Shown here in pieces: positions 12,689 through 27,075 of a stretch of DNA of 64,000 nucleotides. Below the pieces are notes generated by a model. The model saw only the letters and a program-made list of their open reading frames with translations. It was not told the DNA's origin and searched no databases. The first letter of the stretch is position 1. Each line of letters opens with the position of its first letter. Where the stretch lies: NCBI RefSeq assembly GCF_004010195.1, contig NC_057751.1:3265111-3329110 (forward strand). Direction: 5' to 3'. Made by a program: the position numbers and the translations under genes. Source of the stretch: Chiloscyllium plagiosum. Its lineage: Eukaryota.

Positions 12689-13599
12689 TCTCGGATCAAT
12701 GTGGACAAGTGACTCCATCATTTCCCAGTTGTGATCTCTGGTGGAGGTCAGCTTTGAACCACATCTGTGTTGACTGATTTTATGGCAAAGGTACATTTTG
12801 GTAGCAGAGTTGGTGGGGTGGGGGGGGGTGCTATTGGATTTTAGCCAAGAAGTCTTGAATACAGTTTGATACCAAGTGAGACTGACTTGTGTTTCTATTT
12901 CAATCTAGTGGGGAATGTATTGGGAATGACAGTCACATGAAACCTTCTGATACTGAAGTTCAGAGAGTTCAGTGCCCAAAGCTGACACCTTGCCTGGAGC
13001 TTGTGCTAATTCACATCCAGATCAGATCTTGGCAGTGGCTTCTCAGAATCACTCAGGATTCTATCTTAGAGAGCGATCGGTTTGGGTCTGCCTGGGGGGT
13101 TTAACACCTCCATGATAAATGGAGAGGATACAATTGGGAAGTGATTAGGTCCATACTCGCCTGAGTTGAGATGAATGCAAGGGGATCTGACTGAAATGTA
13201 TGAAATTGTAACTGAATTGGAAAGGCTGCATGCAGGGAGGGTATCTTTCCTGGTTTGGTTAAAACACAAACTTGCCGTTTTGACCCTTTGCTGCTCCTGT
13301 GTTTGCACAATGATTGGTCCATTTGACAGAAGGTGAACAGGATCCCTCCCAGATCAGAACCTGGGATAACAGAGAGAAGCTGAGGTTGTTCAGAGAAGGA
13401 GACTGGCAGGTGGTTCCAAATGACACAGGCCAGAGGTGGAGGCTGTTTGAGACACAGGGCAGGTGGCAGGGGGAGAGGGAGTGCACATTGGGATGAGATT
13501 TCTGCTTTTTGACAGTCAGTTGCTATGAACTGCAGCATGCTGTTTTGGAGGGGCTGCTGAAAGCAGATTCAGTTGTAGCTTTCAAAGAGAATTGGATAG

Positions 13600-13800
13600 G
13601 CACTTGGCACAGTGGTTAGCACTGCCTGTGTTCAATTCCAGCCTTTGGGTGACTGTATGGAATTTACACATTCTGCCCGTCTCTGTGTGGGTTTCCTCCC
13701 ACTGTCCAAAGATGTGCAGGCTAGTTGGGTTAGCCATGGAGAATGCAGGTTTAATGGGAATGGGACTGGTTGGGATGCTCTTCGGAGGGCCTGCTTCCGC
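13600..13800 (+). mobile_element. Degenerate V-SINE (HE1-like)
   Basis: TGGCACAGTGGTTAGCACTGC head and CTCCCACTGTCCAAAGATGTGCAGG core. Confidence 0.7.
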
Positions 13801-14619
13801 ACTGTCAGGATTGTATGAACGTTGTGACAGTCAAGATTTGAGGGGTCTGGGGTTGTGAGTGAGAGGGGGCTGGTTGGTGTGCTTTCTTTGATAGCCCACA
13901 ATCAGTGAGTAGCCTTCTGTACAACATGATTTATATCTGCAGAGATATCACAAAATCCTCTGAAAGGGGTTGGAGGGTTATTTCTCCCAGAGCAGAGAGT
14001 GCAGTTAGAGAACATGTCTTGAAATATCTGATGTAAGTTTTGTTCACAGGGTGTGGGTAATGTTGTCTAGACCATCATTTATTGCCATTCCCTTCTTGCA
14101 CCAGAGAAGGTGGGGGAGAGGTGAGCTATAATTGATGCATTTTGTTTAAAAGCACTGTCAGCAGAGCAAGGGGATTGAGCTGAGGTGTGACTTCATACAG
14201 TCTGTAGATGGAAATTCACATCATTTTGTACAGGATAGAAGGTGGGGTTTCTCACATCATTCAGTGCTAATGAGACCACACACAGCTCTCAGAATCACAC
14301 GTTTACACTGTGTACGTTCCCCAGCAGAGAGCGGAATGAAAAATCTCTGTTGGTCACTTTCAGCGGCTGGTCTTTTGTCAGCTGCTAGTGTTGGCCCTGA
14401 GCCCAGGCACTGAATGGGACTGAAGTAAGTTACAAGAACCAGAGCCACTTGTTCAATCAGAACAGCAGCCCCCTCCCACCCCCATCCCCCCAACAACCAG
14501 CACTAATCCTCTGGTGACAGTATAGCTGGACCCCCGTGACAACAGACACTTTATACATGCCCCACCCTTTTTGTGCTCTCCCTTAGCTGTCACATTCAGA
14601 ACAGGAAGTGGTCTTTGTT

Positions 14620-14875
14620 TCCCATCTCTCTCTCTCTCTCTCTCCCTCTCCAAAACACAGACACACACACACATATACTCTGTCTCACACATTCTCACTC
14701 ACACACACATCTTCAATCCACATCCACATTCTCTCTCTGTCTCACAGTCATATACAGACATAGTCTTACACACAGATGTGCACACACATACGTACACACT
14801 CTCATAAATCAACACTGCATACGTGCACTCACACTCACAGAAGAGACACATACTCATACACAGAGACACACAGAA
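14620..14875. repeat. (CT)n/(CA)n-rich low-complexity tract
   Basis: Directly visible. Confidence 0.9.
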
Positions 14876-15761
14876 GCCCAAATTGCACTTGAGAAGATGG
14901 CGAGGACTTTGGGAGGCTCTGAGCCCACTGTCAACCACAATGTCTGTGATTTTTGTTCAGAATTCAGCCCTCTCTCAGTCCCTGTCAAATTATCAACAAA
15001 GCTATTCAAGATCAGTTCAAGTGAGGAATAAAAGTGGTGTCACTGAGTCCACCGAACTTCAGATCGACGAATATCAGGTATTGGTGTATCAGGAGGGCAG
15101 TCAGCCCCTCGAACCTGTTCAGACCCTGAGGTGTCTTGTCAGGATAGATATTAAGAGAATCTCTCACGTGAGGAAACCATCTAAAACAAGGGGTCACCGT
15201 TTGTAAGTTAGAGGCCACCTATTTAAAACAGGAGAGATTCCTTTGGGTTGAGAGCCTGATAGAATTTGGTTCCTGGAAATGCAGAAGTGGATAGATTGCT
15301 GATAAGCAGAGGGAGGGTTGAGAGCTTATTGGGGAAGAGACAGGAATATGGAGTGATCAGATCAGTTGTGATCTTACTGAGAGGTGAAGCAGACACAGGA
15401 GGCTGCTTTGGTATTCCAGACTGTGACAACTAATCTTCTGACTCACTTTCCCCACACAGCCCCATGTTGGTTTTATTTTGCTGGTTGCTGTGTGTTTTCA
15501 GACTTCCTTCCTATGAGGGGGAGCGAGGGCTGAAACTGCACTTTCCCAGGTAAAGCTGGAGTTCGGAGACAGGAATTGAACGGTGCTGTGATGTGCCCTG
15601 TTTCAGTAGCAAGAGGTGATAGCACAGTGGTAACAGTTTGGTAATCCAGCAGGCCACAGTCAGGCTGTAGGGAGCATGTGTACTGGACATAGCACAACTG
15701 TCATCAATTGCTGCAAAATCGCTGGTCAACAAACTGGCTTCACTGATGCTGTTATGGAGAG

Positions 15762-16280
15762 TCATAGAGTCGTACAGCACAGAAACAGACCCTTCGGTCC
15801 ATCCAGTCCGGACCGACCATAATCCCAAACTAAACTCGTCCTACCTGCCTGCTCCTGGCCAGTCTCCCTCCAAACCTTCCCTATCCATGAATATATGCAA
15901 ACGTCTTTTAAACCTTGTAACTATACGCACATCCAACACTTCCTCAGGACGATCATTCCACATAAAAAGCACGCTCTGTGTAAAAAAAAAAGTTGCCCCT
16001 CATGTCCTTTTTAAAATCTCTCTCCTCTCACCTCAAAAATATGCCCCTTAGTCTTGAAATCCCCCACCCGAGGGAAAAGACAGCTCTCATTTACCTTATT
16101 TATTGCTCTCGTGATTTGATAAACCTTTATAACGTCTCCCCTCAACCTCCTACGCTCCAGTGACAAAAGTTTCAGCCTCTCCCCATAGCTCAAAACCTCC
16201 AGTCCCAGCAACGCCCTGGCAAATCTTTTCTGAAACCCTCTCCAGCTGAATAAAACCCTTTCCTTAGCACGGAAAACAGA
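15762..16280 (-). mobile_element. CR1 LINE 3' fragment
   Basis: LSYGERLKLLSLERRRLRGDVIKVYQI...LFPRVG; CR1 tail ending CTGTACGACTCTATGACTCT. Confidence 0.88.
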
Positions 16281-16899
16281 ACTCTGCTGCTCTCACCCAG
16301 TCTGGCTGATGTGGGACTGCAGACCCACAGCGATGTGGGTAGCTCGAAATGCCCCCTTAAACAACCAGAGAAAAATCACTCAGGTCAAGAGTAATTAGGG
16401 ATGGCAACAAACACTGGTCTTATTGGTGACACCCAAATCCTGTGATAGGATGAAAAAAGGATTTTTTGTTTGTGAAATTACTCCCCCGCAAAATGCTTTG
16501 ATCGAACTCAGACTTGTGTCCAAACTGCTGAACATGTTGGAATCTGTATTGGTGAACAGGCAGGAGCTTCCCTCCTGTCAGTTGACACAAGACTATGTTG
16601 TTCATTGATTTGTTTACCCTACTCTCTGCATTACAGAATCACACAATGGAGCAGAAACATTCCAGACTCTGAGTGAGCCAAATGAAGTGCCTTCAGCATG
16701 ACATCTTCTCAGTCTGACCATACATGCTCCAAATATTTAGTAATGGCCTTTGTCGAGTCAAATTAGGCTCAAGTGTGTGCAAGTGGGTGTTGCTTGTGCG
16801 TTTGCTGTTGCAGGAGGATCCAGTTCAAATAAACACCCTCGATCCCTCTCCTCGTCAGTAACCCTTGTGGTTCCTGAGCTTGTTGGAGAATAATTTCAC

Positions 16900-17480
16900 C
16901 CCATAGAACATGGAACAGCACAGGAACGGGCCTTCGGCCCACCATGTCTATGCAACCAGGATGCCATTCCAAACTCATCCCATCTGCATGCACATAGCCT
17001 GTATCCCTGTGTTCCCTGCCTGTTCACATCTCTGTTTAAATGCCCCTTAAACTTTGCAGTCGGATCTTCAAGCCCCCTGGCAGCCTGTTCCAGGCGCCTG
17101 CTACACTCAGAGTCATAGAGATGTATAGCACGGAAACAGACCCTTTGGTCCAACCCATCCGTGCCCACTCTGTGTAACAAAAACTTTCCTTCCTCACCTT
17201 AAACCTAGGCCCTCTAGTGTTTGAATTTCCACCCTATCCGTGCCCTTCGTGTTTTCATAAACTTCTGTCAGGTCGCCCCTCAGCCTCCAAAGCTGCAGCA
17301 AAACAATCCAAGTTTCACAAACCTCATCCACTCGAATCCAGGTGACACTCTCCAAAGCCTCCACATCTTTCTGTTTGTGCTGTGACCAGAAGAGCACATA
17401 ATCCTCCAAATGTGGTCTGACTGAAACACTTGCAGCATGACTTGCCAATCCCCTGACTGATAACGGCAGGCATTATACAT
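16900..17480 (-). mobile_element. Degenerate CR1 fragment with a nested short CR1 tail (about 17110-17165)
   Basis: VRPHLEDYVLFWSQHKQKDVEALE...RLRGDLTEVY. Confidence 0.8.
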
Positions 17481-17579
17481 GCCTTCTTTCTCACTTTGGG
17501 ATGTGGAAACCAGCAAAATCAGCAACAGTTTTCCCCCCAGCACTTGCACTGTTGTTTACCAAACCCTGAAAAAGTCGTT

Positions 17580-19540
17580 AGTTTGATTGATTTATTGTTG
17601 TGACCTACCGAGATGCAGTGAAAAATGTTGTTTTGCGTGCTCTACAGGCAGATTGTACCATACAAAGTGCACCAGTGTAGCAGAACAGAGTGCAGAATAC
17701 AGTGTTACAGCCACAGAGAAGGTGCAGAGAGAGAGACACACACAGAGACGTTAACCTTTAAGAGATTTGTTAACAGCAGGGAAGAAGGGTTTGGAGAGAT
17801 ATGGGCCGGGTGCTGGCAGGTTGGGTTGGGCTATCTGGTCGGCATGGATGAGTTGGACCGAAGGGTCTGTTTCTGCGCTGTACATCTCTATGACTCGAAG
17901 AAGCTGTTCTTGAATCTGTTTGTACATGCATCCAAATGTTGATAGCATCTTCCTGATGGAGGAGAGTATAACTGGGGTGGGTTGAAAAATGTGGTGCTGG
18001 AAACACACAGCAGGCCAGGCAGCATCCGAGGAGCAGGAGAATCGACGTTTCGGGCATAAACCCTTCTTCTCTGGTCTCCAGCATCTGCAGCCCTCACTTT
18101 CTACTATAACTGGGTGGGAACAGTATTTGTGTATGTTGGTTGTCTTCCCGAGGCAGTGGGAAGTGTAGATGGAAGACTGGTTTGTCTGATGAACTGGGCT
18201 GTGTTCACAACTCTTGATACCTTCTTGCAGTCTTGGGTAGAGCAGTTGCCATACCACATTGTGATCCACACAAAGAGGTTGCTTTCCGTGGTGCAGCTGT
18301 AACAATTGGTCAGAGTCTTTGTGGACATGTTGAATTTCCTTCGCCTCCTGAGGAAGCTGAGGCATTGCTGTGCTTTCTTATCCATCGTGTCTACATGGGC
18401 GGACCAGGTCAGATTGTTGATGTTCTTGACCTTCTCCACCCTCAGCACCATTGATACCTACAGGGGCATGCCCTCCAGCCCCACTTCCTGAAGTCTCTGA
18501 GCAGCTCCTTTGTTTTGCTGATGTCAATGGAGAGATTGTGGTCTTTACACCACGCCGCTAAGTACTCAGTCTCTTCCCTGTACTCCGTCTCGTTTGAGAC
18601 CCAACCTACAATGATGGTGTCGTCAGCAAAGTTGTAAATGGAGTTGGGGTGGAATTTTGCCACACAGTCATTAGTTTAAGGAATACAGTCGGGGGCTGAG
18701 TACACTATCTTGTGCTGCACCAGTGTTGAGGATTATCGTGGAGGAGATGTTGTTGCCAATTCTTACTGATTGCTGCCTGCAGGTCAGGAAGTTGAAGATC
18801 CAGTTTCAGAAGGGGAGCAGACTCCTCGGTCCAGAGTTTGGAGATGAGTTTGGAATTATGGTATTGACGCTGGAGCTGTAATCAATAACTAAGAGCCTGA
18901 TGTAGGTCTCCTTGTTATCCAGATGTAGGTGTCCTGATGTATGTATCCTTTTCATCCAGATGTCCCAGGGATGAGTGTAGGGCCAGGGAGCTGGTGTCTG
19001 CCATTGGGAAGTGAATTACAAGATTCATGACAGTCTGGTTGGCTAGAGTTGATGTGATCCGTGACTAACCTCTTGAATCACTTCATTATTAATGAGGTCA
19101 GAGGCACCGGGTGGTAGTCATTGAGGCATGCTGCCTGACTTTCCTTTTGGTACCAGGATGGTGGTCTTCTTGAAGCAGGTGGGGACTTTAGATTGAAGTA
19201 TGGAGAGATTGAAGGTGTCTTCGAATACTCCCACCCGCTGGTCTGCACAGGATCTGAGTGCACTGCCGGGGAATCGCTTTTCATGGGTTCACTCTCAAGA
19301 AAGTTTATCTAACGTCTGCACTGGTGACCTGGGGTACAGGTGTATCTGAGGCTGGTGGAAAAGGTGACATTGTTTCATTGAGCTTCTGTTTAAAGTGAGT
19401 GTAAAATGCATTGAGTTCATCGGACAGGGATGGATTGTTGCCTGCAGTTCTGTTTGATTTTGCTTTGTAGACCATTACATTGTGTAAGCCTTGCCACACA
19501 AATGATGGGTGATCGTGTGGTTGTTCTGGGTCTCGAGCTT
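17580..19540 (-). mobile_element. Rex1/Babar-like non-LTR retrotransposon, degenerate RT and 3' end, with nested inserts
   Basis: Ordered motifs LSDELNAFY, LNDYHPVPLTSLIMK, FADDTIIVG, LSIDISKTKEL, LTWSAHVD...KKAQQCLSFLRR...ITMWYGNCS; AATAAATCAATCAA tail. Frameshifted. Confidence 0.8.
17982..18104. mobile_element. Short hammerhead-family insert (subfamily 1, inverted junction)
   Basis: Subfamily 1 arm with GACGTTTCGGGC. Flanking duplication TATAACTGGG(G)TGGG at 17967-17981 and 18105-18118. Confidence 0.8.
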
Positions 19541-21073
19541 AGTTTGATATTTCCCCTTGAATGAAACGATGACATGAGAGAGATGCAGCAGCCCTTTGCA
19601 GGACGGTCAGTCTGCAGTTCACATGAACAGACCCTGAATGAATGGCTGCAACGACACAATGTGTGAAGCAGATCCTCACTTACCTCAGATGGTGTCTCTT
19701 CTGACTGATGACCACTGTGATATTGACAAGCGTGGTGTGTGTGCACCCTGACCCAATGTGATAGACACTGGGGCTTGTGAACATTGCATGCCAGTGAGAG
19801 TCTCCCATTCAGACACTTTGGGAAGCACTTTCCTCATGGCACCTCTGGTCCCTGTTGCTCGTTGTTTCTGTCAGCCTGATATCACCCTTCTAATTACACA
19901 ACTCAGGTATTGCTCACTCACTGATCACACAGGCCTGACTGCTCACAGCACGGTCACTCTCCCTTCTTCCTTTGAATCAGAGCTGCTCCCCAGGAGTTCA
20001 ATTTGGGAGAGATTCTGCAGAGTCAAGTTATTATTTCATAGAAGTTCGCAGGTTGATGGGGTGATTTGATTCTTCAAAGATGTGGAGGACAATTGGTAGG
20101 ACAGCAAGAAATTATTTCAACCAGTTGGGGAGTCTAAGACGGGAGTGGGGGAGCAGAGTCGAAACGTGACAGAGAAAAGGTCCAACATACTTGAAAGACT
20201 CATCTGAAAATAATTGATTCAGGATCTGTTGTTAATTTGAAATGGGGAACTGGCTGAAGGTGTTCAGGGAAACGGTGTAAAGTGTGTGGAGTTTAGGAAG
20301 AGAGTCACAGGGTCAAATAGTCTCCTGTTTTCCCCATCATGAAAACAGACTTGAAAGGCACAGCTGAGCCAAGTGAACAAATTGCCTGATAGATAGCTTT
20401 CTGACAGACTAATTGAGTGCAATTAATTTGAAGGGCCCCTCAGATCACTCACTAACTAGCTCCTAGTCATGAGATTTAATTTAACAGGAGACAGAGAGAG
20501 AGAGAGCAACTGGAACAAACAGAATTCCTGTCTGAGAGGTTGTGGGAAGTTTGTTTGTGTTTGACCCTGGCCTGTGGCTGACTGGACACGCAAAACCAGG
20601 CCGTTTCTCGCTTGGGTAGAAAGAAGGTTCACAAAACTGCAGATGCTCACATGGCTGTACAAAGTGTCAGTGCCTTTTTATTCTAATGACCAAGTGTGTT
20701 CATCAACAAGATGTGTGAGAATAGTCTTTGTCTGCCTGGATTGGAATAGTTCCTCTGCTGCAGACAATGGTGGGGATTTGAAGCTTATTACTGAAGGTGA
20801 GCAGATTCCCTCTTGTTCACTCTGTGACAGTGTGGAATTGAATGAAAGATGAATACCGAAATGTTGAGGCTGTTGCCAGCTGGATACTTGGTGACATCAA
20901 TCTTCCCTGGAAAGATATTGCTGGGATCAGATGGATATATGGTCTTAATGTGAAAGGAAATCGTTTTGATAATGATACGGGTATCTTGTTCCACTTTGTG
21001 GAAATACTTGAACAGAAGTTCAGCCGGTGACAACCTCTGATCAGAATATATTGACATTGGGAAGTAAGAATGG

Positions 21074-21286
21074 GAGAAAGTGAGGACTGCAGATGCTGGA
21101 GATCAGAGCTGAAAATGTGTTGCTGGAAAAGCGCAACAGGTCAGGCAGCATCCAAGGAGCAGGAGAATCGACGTTTTGTGTATGAGCCCTTCTTCAGGAA
21201 AGAAGAAGGGCTCATGTCTGAAATGTCGATTCTCCTATTCCTTGGATGCTGCCTGACATGCTGCGCTTATCCAGCCACACAAATAC
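21074..21286. mobile_element. Fold-back hammerhead-family element (subfamily 1, decayed cores)
   Basis: Inverted arms around about 21195. TSD AGAATGG at 21067-21073 and 21287-21293. Confidence 0.8.
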
Positions 21287-22662
21287 AGAATGGATCAATA
21301 GGTCTCTCCGACACAGGCGGGTGGGCAGAGTCGTCTCGTTTTGGATTTGTAGTTTTGAGCTAGTTTGTGTGGGTGAGAGGTTTTGATGTCTACATTTGAA
21401 TGCCCCTCCCTCTCCTGGAGTTCTATATTCTCTACTATGTATAGCAGTGATGACTGGCCAGGGTTTCATAATGACAGCAGGTTGTATCAACTTAACGTGC
21501 ACTCTCTCGAACGCGGAGCATCTTTCACCAGCTTGAGCTCTGCACAGCCAATGAGACACACTTCCCAATGAATAGCTCATCCAGAGAACAGCACAAGCAA
21601 GCAGGGCTGATGGGCCTTCAGGATTCTATTGCTGAGTGATCTCATGTGGATGGGTTAGACTGAAGGGTCTGCTTCTGTGCTGTATGACTCTGAAGAATTT
21701 AACAGGTTGACATCAGGCAGTTAATTCCCACAAGGAGACTCCAGACAGAGGGCAGATTTCCTTATTTCTAAACAAGCCGGTGGGTTTGTCGCGGGTGATG
21801 CCAGGAAAACTTCCCCACTAACTGCAGCATGAGAGGTCAGAAGGCCGTTTGTCCTGGGTCTGAACCACCTTGTTAATGATGAAACCCAACAAGAGGTTTT
21901 TATTCAGCAACACGATGAAGGGTTTTCCAAGTAAGACTGAAAGATGGATTAAAGGTACAGAACAACTGGTCTAGTACGAGTTAAATGGTTTGAATGGCCT
22001 CCTGTGGTGTAGAAGATGCTCGTGTTCCCTGAGCTCAGTGAGCACCCACAGGAAACTGTCATTTCAGCAGCATTGGGAGTGGGGGGTTAGTGAAACCGCT
22101 GACCTTTTCCCACTAATCCCTGTTTACATTATGGCTTTCATTCTGTGTTCTCCGGGGCAGGATTGTAATGCCAGAGTCAGCACAGCACCTGGGATCCAGC
22201 TATTTCACTAGGTTTTACTGAAAGAGAAATGAGTTAACCATTCCGTTTCATGTCTGAATCAGAGCTGTGTCTGGCTGCATCAGTCAACAGGGCTTGCATC
22301 TGTTTGTTTTTTAAAAAAAGCCTGTATGTTTTATTGGGTTTTACTGTGAAGTGATGCTGAGCAGTTGGCAGGGACAATTGAACCAGAGGGGAGAGCTGGA
22401 GGGAGAGAGAGCAGCAGTGAGGAATCAGGTATACAGACACAACACCACCAATGACAAACAACAAACACACTGTCTGTCTGTCTGTCTCTCCCTCCCCTAC
22501 CTGGCAGCCCCTCTGAACATGCCTGCAGACAAAGAGGATTGCAGGAGGTTGTTTTATCTCACTGCAGAACCGACTGGCTTTATCAACAGGAAACATTCAA
22601 ACTAGATGGAGCAGCTTCTCCAGAGGCCAGCAGCTTCAAGCACAGCTCTCTGACAGGATAAA

Positions 22663-22698
<36 letters not shown>

Positions 22699-23670
22699 TC
22701 TCCTCTGTACTGTTCATCCCTGCTCCTGCTCAGTCCTACCTCACATTGCTCCCGTCTGCTCTGTTTGTGACCGGGAGCACATTGTGATGGGGCTGTGGCA
22801 ATAATAGCAAATCGGTTACAGAGCTCTCCCTGCTACTGTCACTCACTTTTGCAGTTCCTTTCTGATTTAAGCACCCTGCTCCTTCTGAACACTCGCCTTT
22901 CCTGTCGTAGCTTGCAATACTTTGAAATTACACACTTTAAAGCATCGTACCTTCCTCCGTGCAATGACCCAACAGCCTGGTCAAGTCTGTTCCTTGTGGA
23001 GCACCTGGACAGCTCAAAGGTCTCGCTCCTCCCTCCATTGTATCTGTGGGAAACAAAGCCCGGAGTGGTGCTGTGACATCTCCTCCTGGTGTGGCTCACT
23101 CAGCTTCACTCTCTGTTCCCTTTGATCTCTCCATCTGTTGTGGATGTGGGACATACACTGCACACACACACACACACACACACACAGCCAGAATAAGAGA
23201 CTCAGTGCTGTCAAACTGCCCCACCTCCTCTCAGTACAGAGCCAGCCTCCTAGAAGCTGTGTCACAGTCATTGGCTGTCCTCCCTCTGCCCCCACCCTCA
23301 GCCCATCAACCCCCCCCCCCCCGCCCCATGTCAGAAATAAACAGCAAACCCCGTTCTGACAAAGGGGCAGTGTGTCTGTGTAGAAATCAGCCCTTCACAG
23401 GACCGGGATGCCCCCCCATTCTCCATCCCAGGTAGAATTCTCACTTTGCTGTCCACTATCCATCTGTTTAAAACCTCTTGCGAGGAATGAACGGATGGGG
23501 GGTCAGCAAAACACCGCCGATGCTGGGAATTTGAGTTAGAAATTGCTGCAGCAAGTCTGGTAGCATATGTGCAGAGAGAGAGAAAGAGTTCATGCTACCA
23601 GTCCACTCTGAGTCAAGAACAGAAGTAACGACTCAGCTTTTTGAATCATCATTAATTCCAAAACCAACCC

Positions 23671-23904
23671 CCCAACAATTCCCGTGCACTCCAGTTCACC
23701 TCTCTCTCTCTCTCCTCTCGAACACCGACAGCCCCTTTTTCTGATTCTCTGAGCTCTCTCTCACTCCCTCCTGCCGTTCAGTGTCGGCCCAACAATTCCC
23801 GTGCACTCCAGTTCACCTCTCTCTCTCCTCTCGAACACCGACAGCCCCTTTTTCTGATTCTCTGAGCTCTCTCTCTCTCACTCCCTCCTGCCGTTCAGTG
23901 TCGG
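23671..23904. repeat. Tandem duplication of a 117-bp unit
   Basis: Units 23671-23787 and 23788-23904 are identical except for internal (CT)n run lengths. Confidence 0.93.
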
Positions 23905-24454
23905 AGTGAATTTCCCAAAGCTCCTGTCACATCCTGTGCAGGGAGTGAGATAATGATCATGTTGACCTGGTGCTCCAGACTGGCTCCATTTTGCAGGGTG
24001 CCACAGTGTCGACACCTTTCATCTTCTCCCGGACACGGCAGACAGGGTGTGCAGAGTGCAGAGGGGGGACATCATCGATTTATTCTGGCTGATGAGCCCT
24101 CCCTTGCTTTGCCCAATCAGGAAGAATTTACATTTATATTATTCACAAAGTTTTTTTTTTAACAGCAACTGACGTTTGGTCACTGTTGTAGTTTCAGGGG
24201 GGGAAAAGTCTGCACAGCAAGATCCCACAGTCAGCACTGGGGGTGCTGGTTGAGAGATGATGAGGGGTCAAATACCCCTGTTGTTCCCTGCAATTATTCC
24301 AGAGGATCTGTTTAAAATCTCCTCCCAGAGTTTGCACTCCAGTCCCCACAGTGAGTTGATGAGGTACCAAACTGATCTGACCTCAGGAGATTTACATTCC
24401 TAATGGGAGCTCTTGGGCTGTGGGCTGTTAGAAGGACACCTTACACATTTTCTT

Positions 24455-24893
24455 TACAGAAGCACCATTGCAGCCTATCTGGCTCCATCTCCGCGTGGTT
24501 TGGCAATGACTGTTCCCAAGACTGCAGGAAACTACAGAGTTGTCAATGTAGCCCGCACAAACCAGCCTCCCATCCAGTGCCTCAGGAAAGCAACCAACCG
24601 AACCAAACATCCCTCCCACCCCAGTTAGACTCTTCCATCAGCCAGAAGATGCAAAGCTTTCGTTACACATGAACAGATGCAACAACAGCTTCTTCCCAGC
24701 TGTGATCAAACTTTTGAACAAACTTCTCAAATGTTAATTCTAATCTCTCTCTCCCTCTCCGCTGTAACACTGTAATCTGCACACTGCTCTGCTACCCTAA
24801 TGCCCTTTGTATGCGACAATGTTCCTGTATAGCACGCAGAACAACACTTTTCACTATAACTCTGTGAATATGGTAACAATAAATCAATCAATC
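24455..24893 (+). mobile_element. Rex1/Babar-like 3' fragment
   Basis: LSGSISAWFGNDCSQDCRKLQ remnant. 3' end AATAAATCAATCAATC matches the 17580 element. Confidence 0.7.
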
Positions 24894-26314
24894 ATGGAAG
24901 TATTTTTTTGGTCTGAGGTGTTCCCTCACTGCTTGTCAGTGTGTGAATATGTCGTTGCGATCTCATCGATCAGCCATCGCTTACACAGACCTGCAACTAA
25001 CTAGTCCCAGCAACTCTTGACAGAGCGATTATAACAACAGCTTTAAGAATGTCCTCAATCCATTGAATTCTGCACGCCACACTTTGAATTTCTCGTTGAT
25101 TCTGGTTTTCATAATGAGGTAATCAAATGCCGCAAAATAATTGCTCTCACTGCAACAATTTTGTAAAACACTTGAAAAACAGCCTCTAAAAGCCATTGTG
25201 CTGACATCATTCCTTCATAACTGGTTGGAAACAAAGGCAAGAGCAGAGAGTTTCATAAGTGTCCATTCCATCTGACACATTGCAGAGTGTACTGCAGATA
25301 ATGAGGTCAGCTAGGTGGACCTCAGAATCTGAGTTCCCTGATTGGGACTGTTAACCTGGTTCCATCAGGGAGCCCTGGCTGACTGACAGAAACAGGAATG
25401 TTCACTCTGGGAGCTGGCTGTGAGGGAGCTGGACCAGTATTCATCTACGTGTAAATAAAGAGTGACCTGAATACAGGATACCAGCCCTCTGTACGGTTAT
25501 TCCAGTGGGGACGGGAGAAAACAGGATGTGACTGCAAAGTTTTTGAAAAAAAATCAAATGTCAGAGTACAAAATCAAAGGTGAGACAGCTTACACCAGTC
25601 AGGCTTGGAGTAGTTTGTTGTGTGTATGTGAGACATTGTGTGAAGACCCCATCCTTCTCTTCAGCCTGCATTAGCAGCAGTCTGTGCTCCGGATCGTAAA
25701 GACCTAAGCACCTACAGCCTCTGATGAACAGTATACCCTGGTCCTTTTGTTCAGTGAGCTCAGAGAAAGGCAGTCCGTCTGGGTAATCAGAGGCTCCGAT
25801 ACAATCTCTGCCTTTTATTCTGTGCACTGGGAGATAAGTAGGCACTGGACAACAGTGGGGAAAGAAGCTGGTAGTCAGTCAGCACAGGAAGGGCATCTGA
25901 GAGGGTCAGACTGAATGACGTTGTTTGAGTTTGTTTTCTGAAGGAATATTCCTATGTCTCTGTCATATCGTCAAGCTCCCTTCCTCTTGGTGCTGGATTC
26001 ACTGGGACCATGGGAGGGCTGTATCTCAGAGGCACCTCATCCAAATAGTGTTTTGATGTCTCTTATCAAATCCTCCTCATGGACTCCTCTACCACCTCCC
26101 CCCCCCCCCCCCCCCCCCCCCCAGCCTTGTAACCTCTGTGACACCCTCCAGGCCCACAATCCTGAGATCTCTGTGATTCCAGCCTCTTGCAGACCTGGTT
26201 TCCACCTGCTCTCTCTCGCTCTGTCTCTGTCACACCCTCACATTTTAAGTAGCTTCTTCATACTGACCTCTTTGATCATGGTTTGGTCACCTGACAAATT
26301 ATCTCATCATCAGA

Positions 26315-27075
26315 AGAGAGAGGAGCAGAAATTAGGCCATTCGGCCCATTGAGTCTGCTCTGCCATTGAATCATGGCTCAGCGGTTCTTGATTGCCAAGG
26401 GGATCAAAGGTTATGGGGAGAAAGTAGGAAAATAGGTTTTTCAATCTCATCTATCTCAGTCTTAAATATACTCAGTGACCTGGCCCCCACAGCCTTCTGT
26501 GGCAATGAATTTCCAAAGATTCCCCAATCTCTGGATGAAGAAGTTTCTCCTTTTCTCCATTCTAAAAGGTCTTCCCTTTGCTCAAAGGCTGTGCCCTCGG
26601 GTCCTCGTTTCTCTTACCAGTGGAAACACCTTCCCAACATTCACTCTCTTCAGGCTGTTCAGTAATCTCTAAGTTTCGTTAGATTCCTCCTCATCCTTCT
26701 GAATTCCATTGAGTATACTCAATCATTAGGGCCTAATCCTTCTAAACACCAAGTATCGACCCGGAGTCCTTGTATTCCAGCTTTTCATTCCTGGGACCAT
26801 TCTCATGAACCTCCTCTGAACACGCTCCAGGGCCAGTCCATCCTTCCTGAGATATGGGGCCCAAAACTGCGCACAATCCTCCAAATGCGGCCTGACCAGA
26901 GGCTTACAGAGCCTCAGAAGTACATCCCTGCTTTTATATTCAAGTCCTCTCAAAATTAAAGCCAACATTGCATTTGCCTTCCTAACTTGCAAGTTTACCT
27001 TTAGAGAATCCTGGACGAAAATCCCAAGTCTCTTTGAACTTCAGATTTTTAACTTTCTCCCCATTGAGAAAATGG
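26315..27075 (-). mobile_element. CR1 LINE fragment
   Basis: RKANAMLALILRGLEYKSRDVLLRLCKPLVRPHLEDCAQFWAPYLRKDGLALERVQRRF. Confidence 0.9.

Noticed and set aside
15070..15100. YQVLVYQEG and LGEQEAAE (about 5110) as PEBP4-like exon pieces
   Set aside because: Too short, lacking flanking conserved PEBP residues and coherent splice structure.
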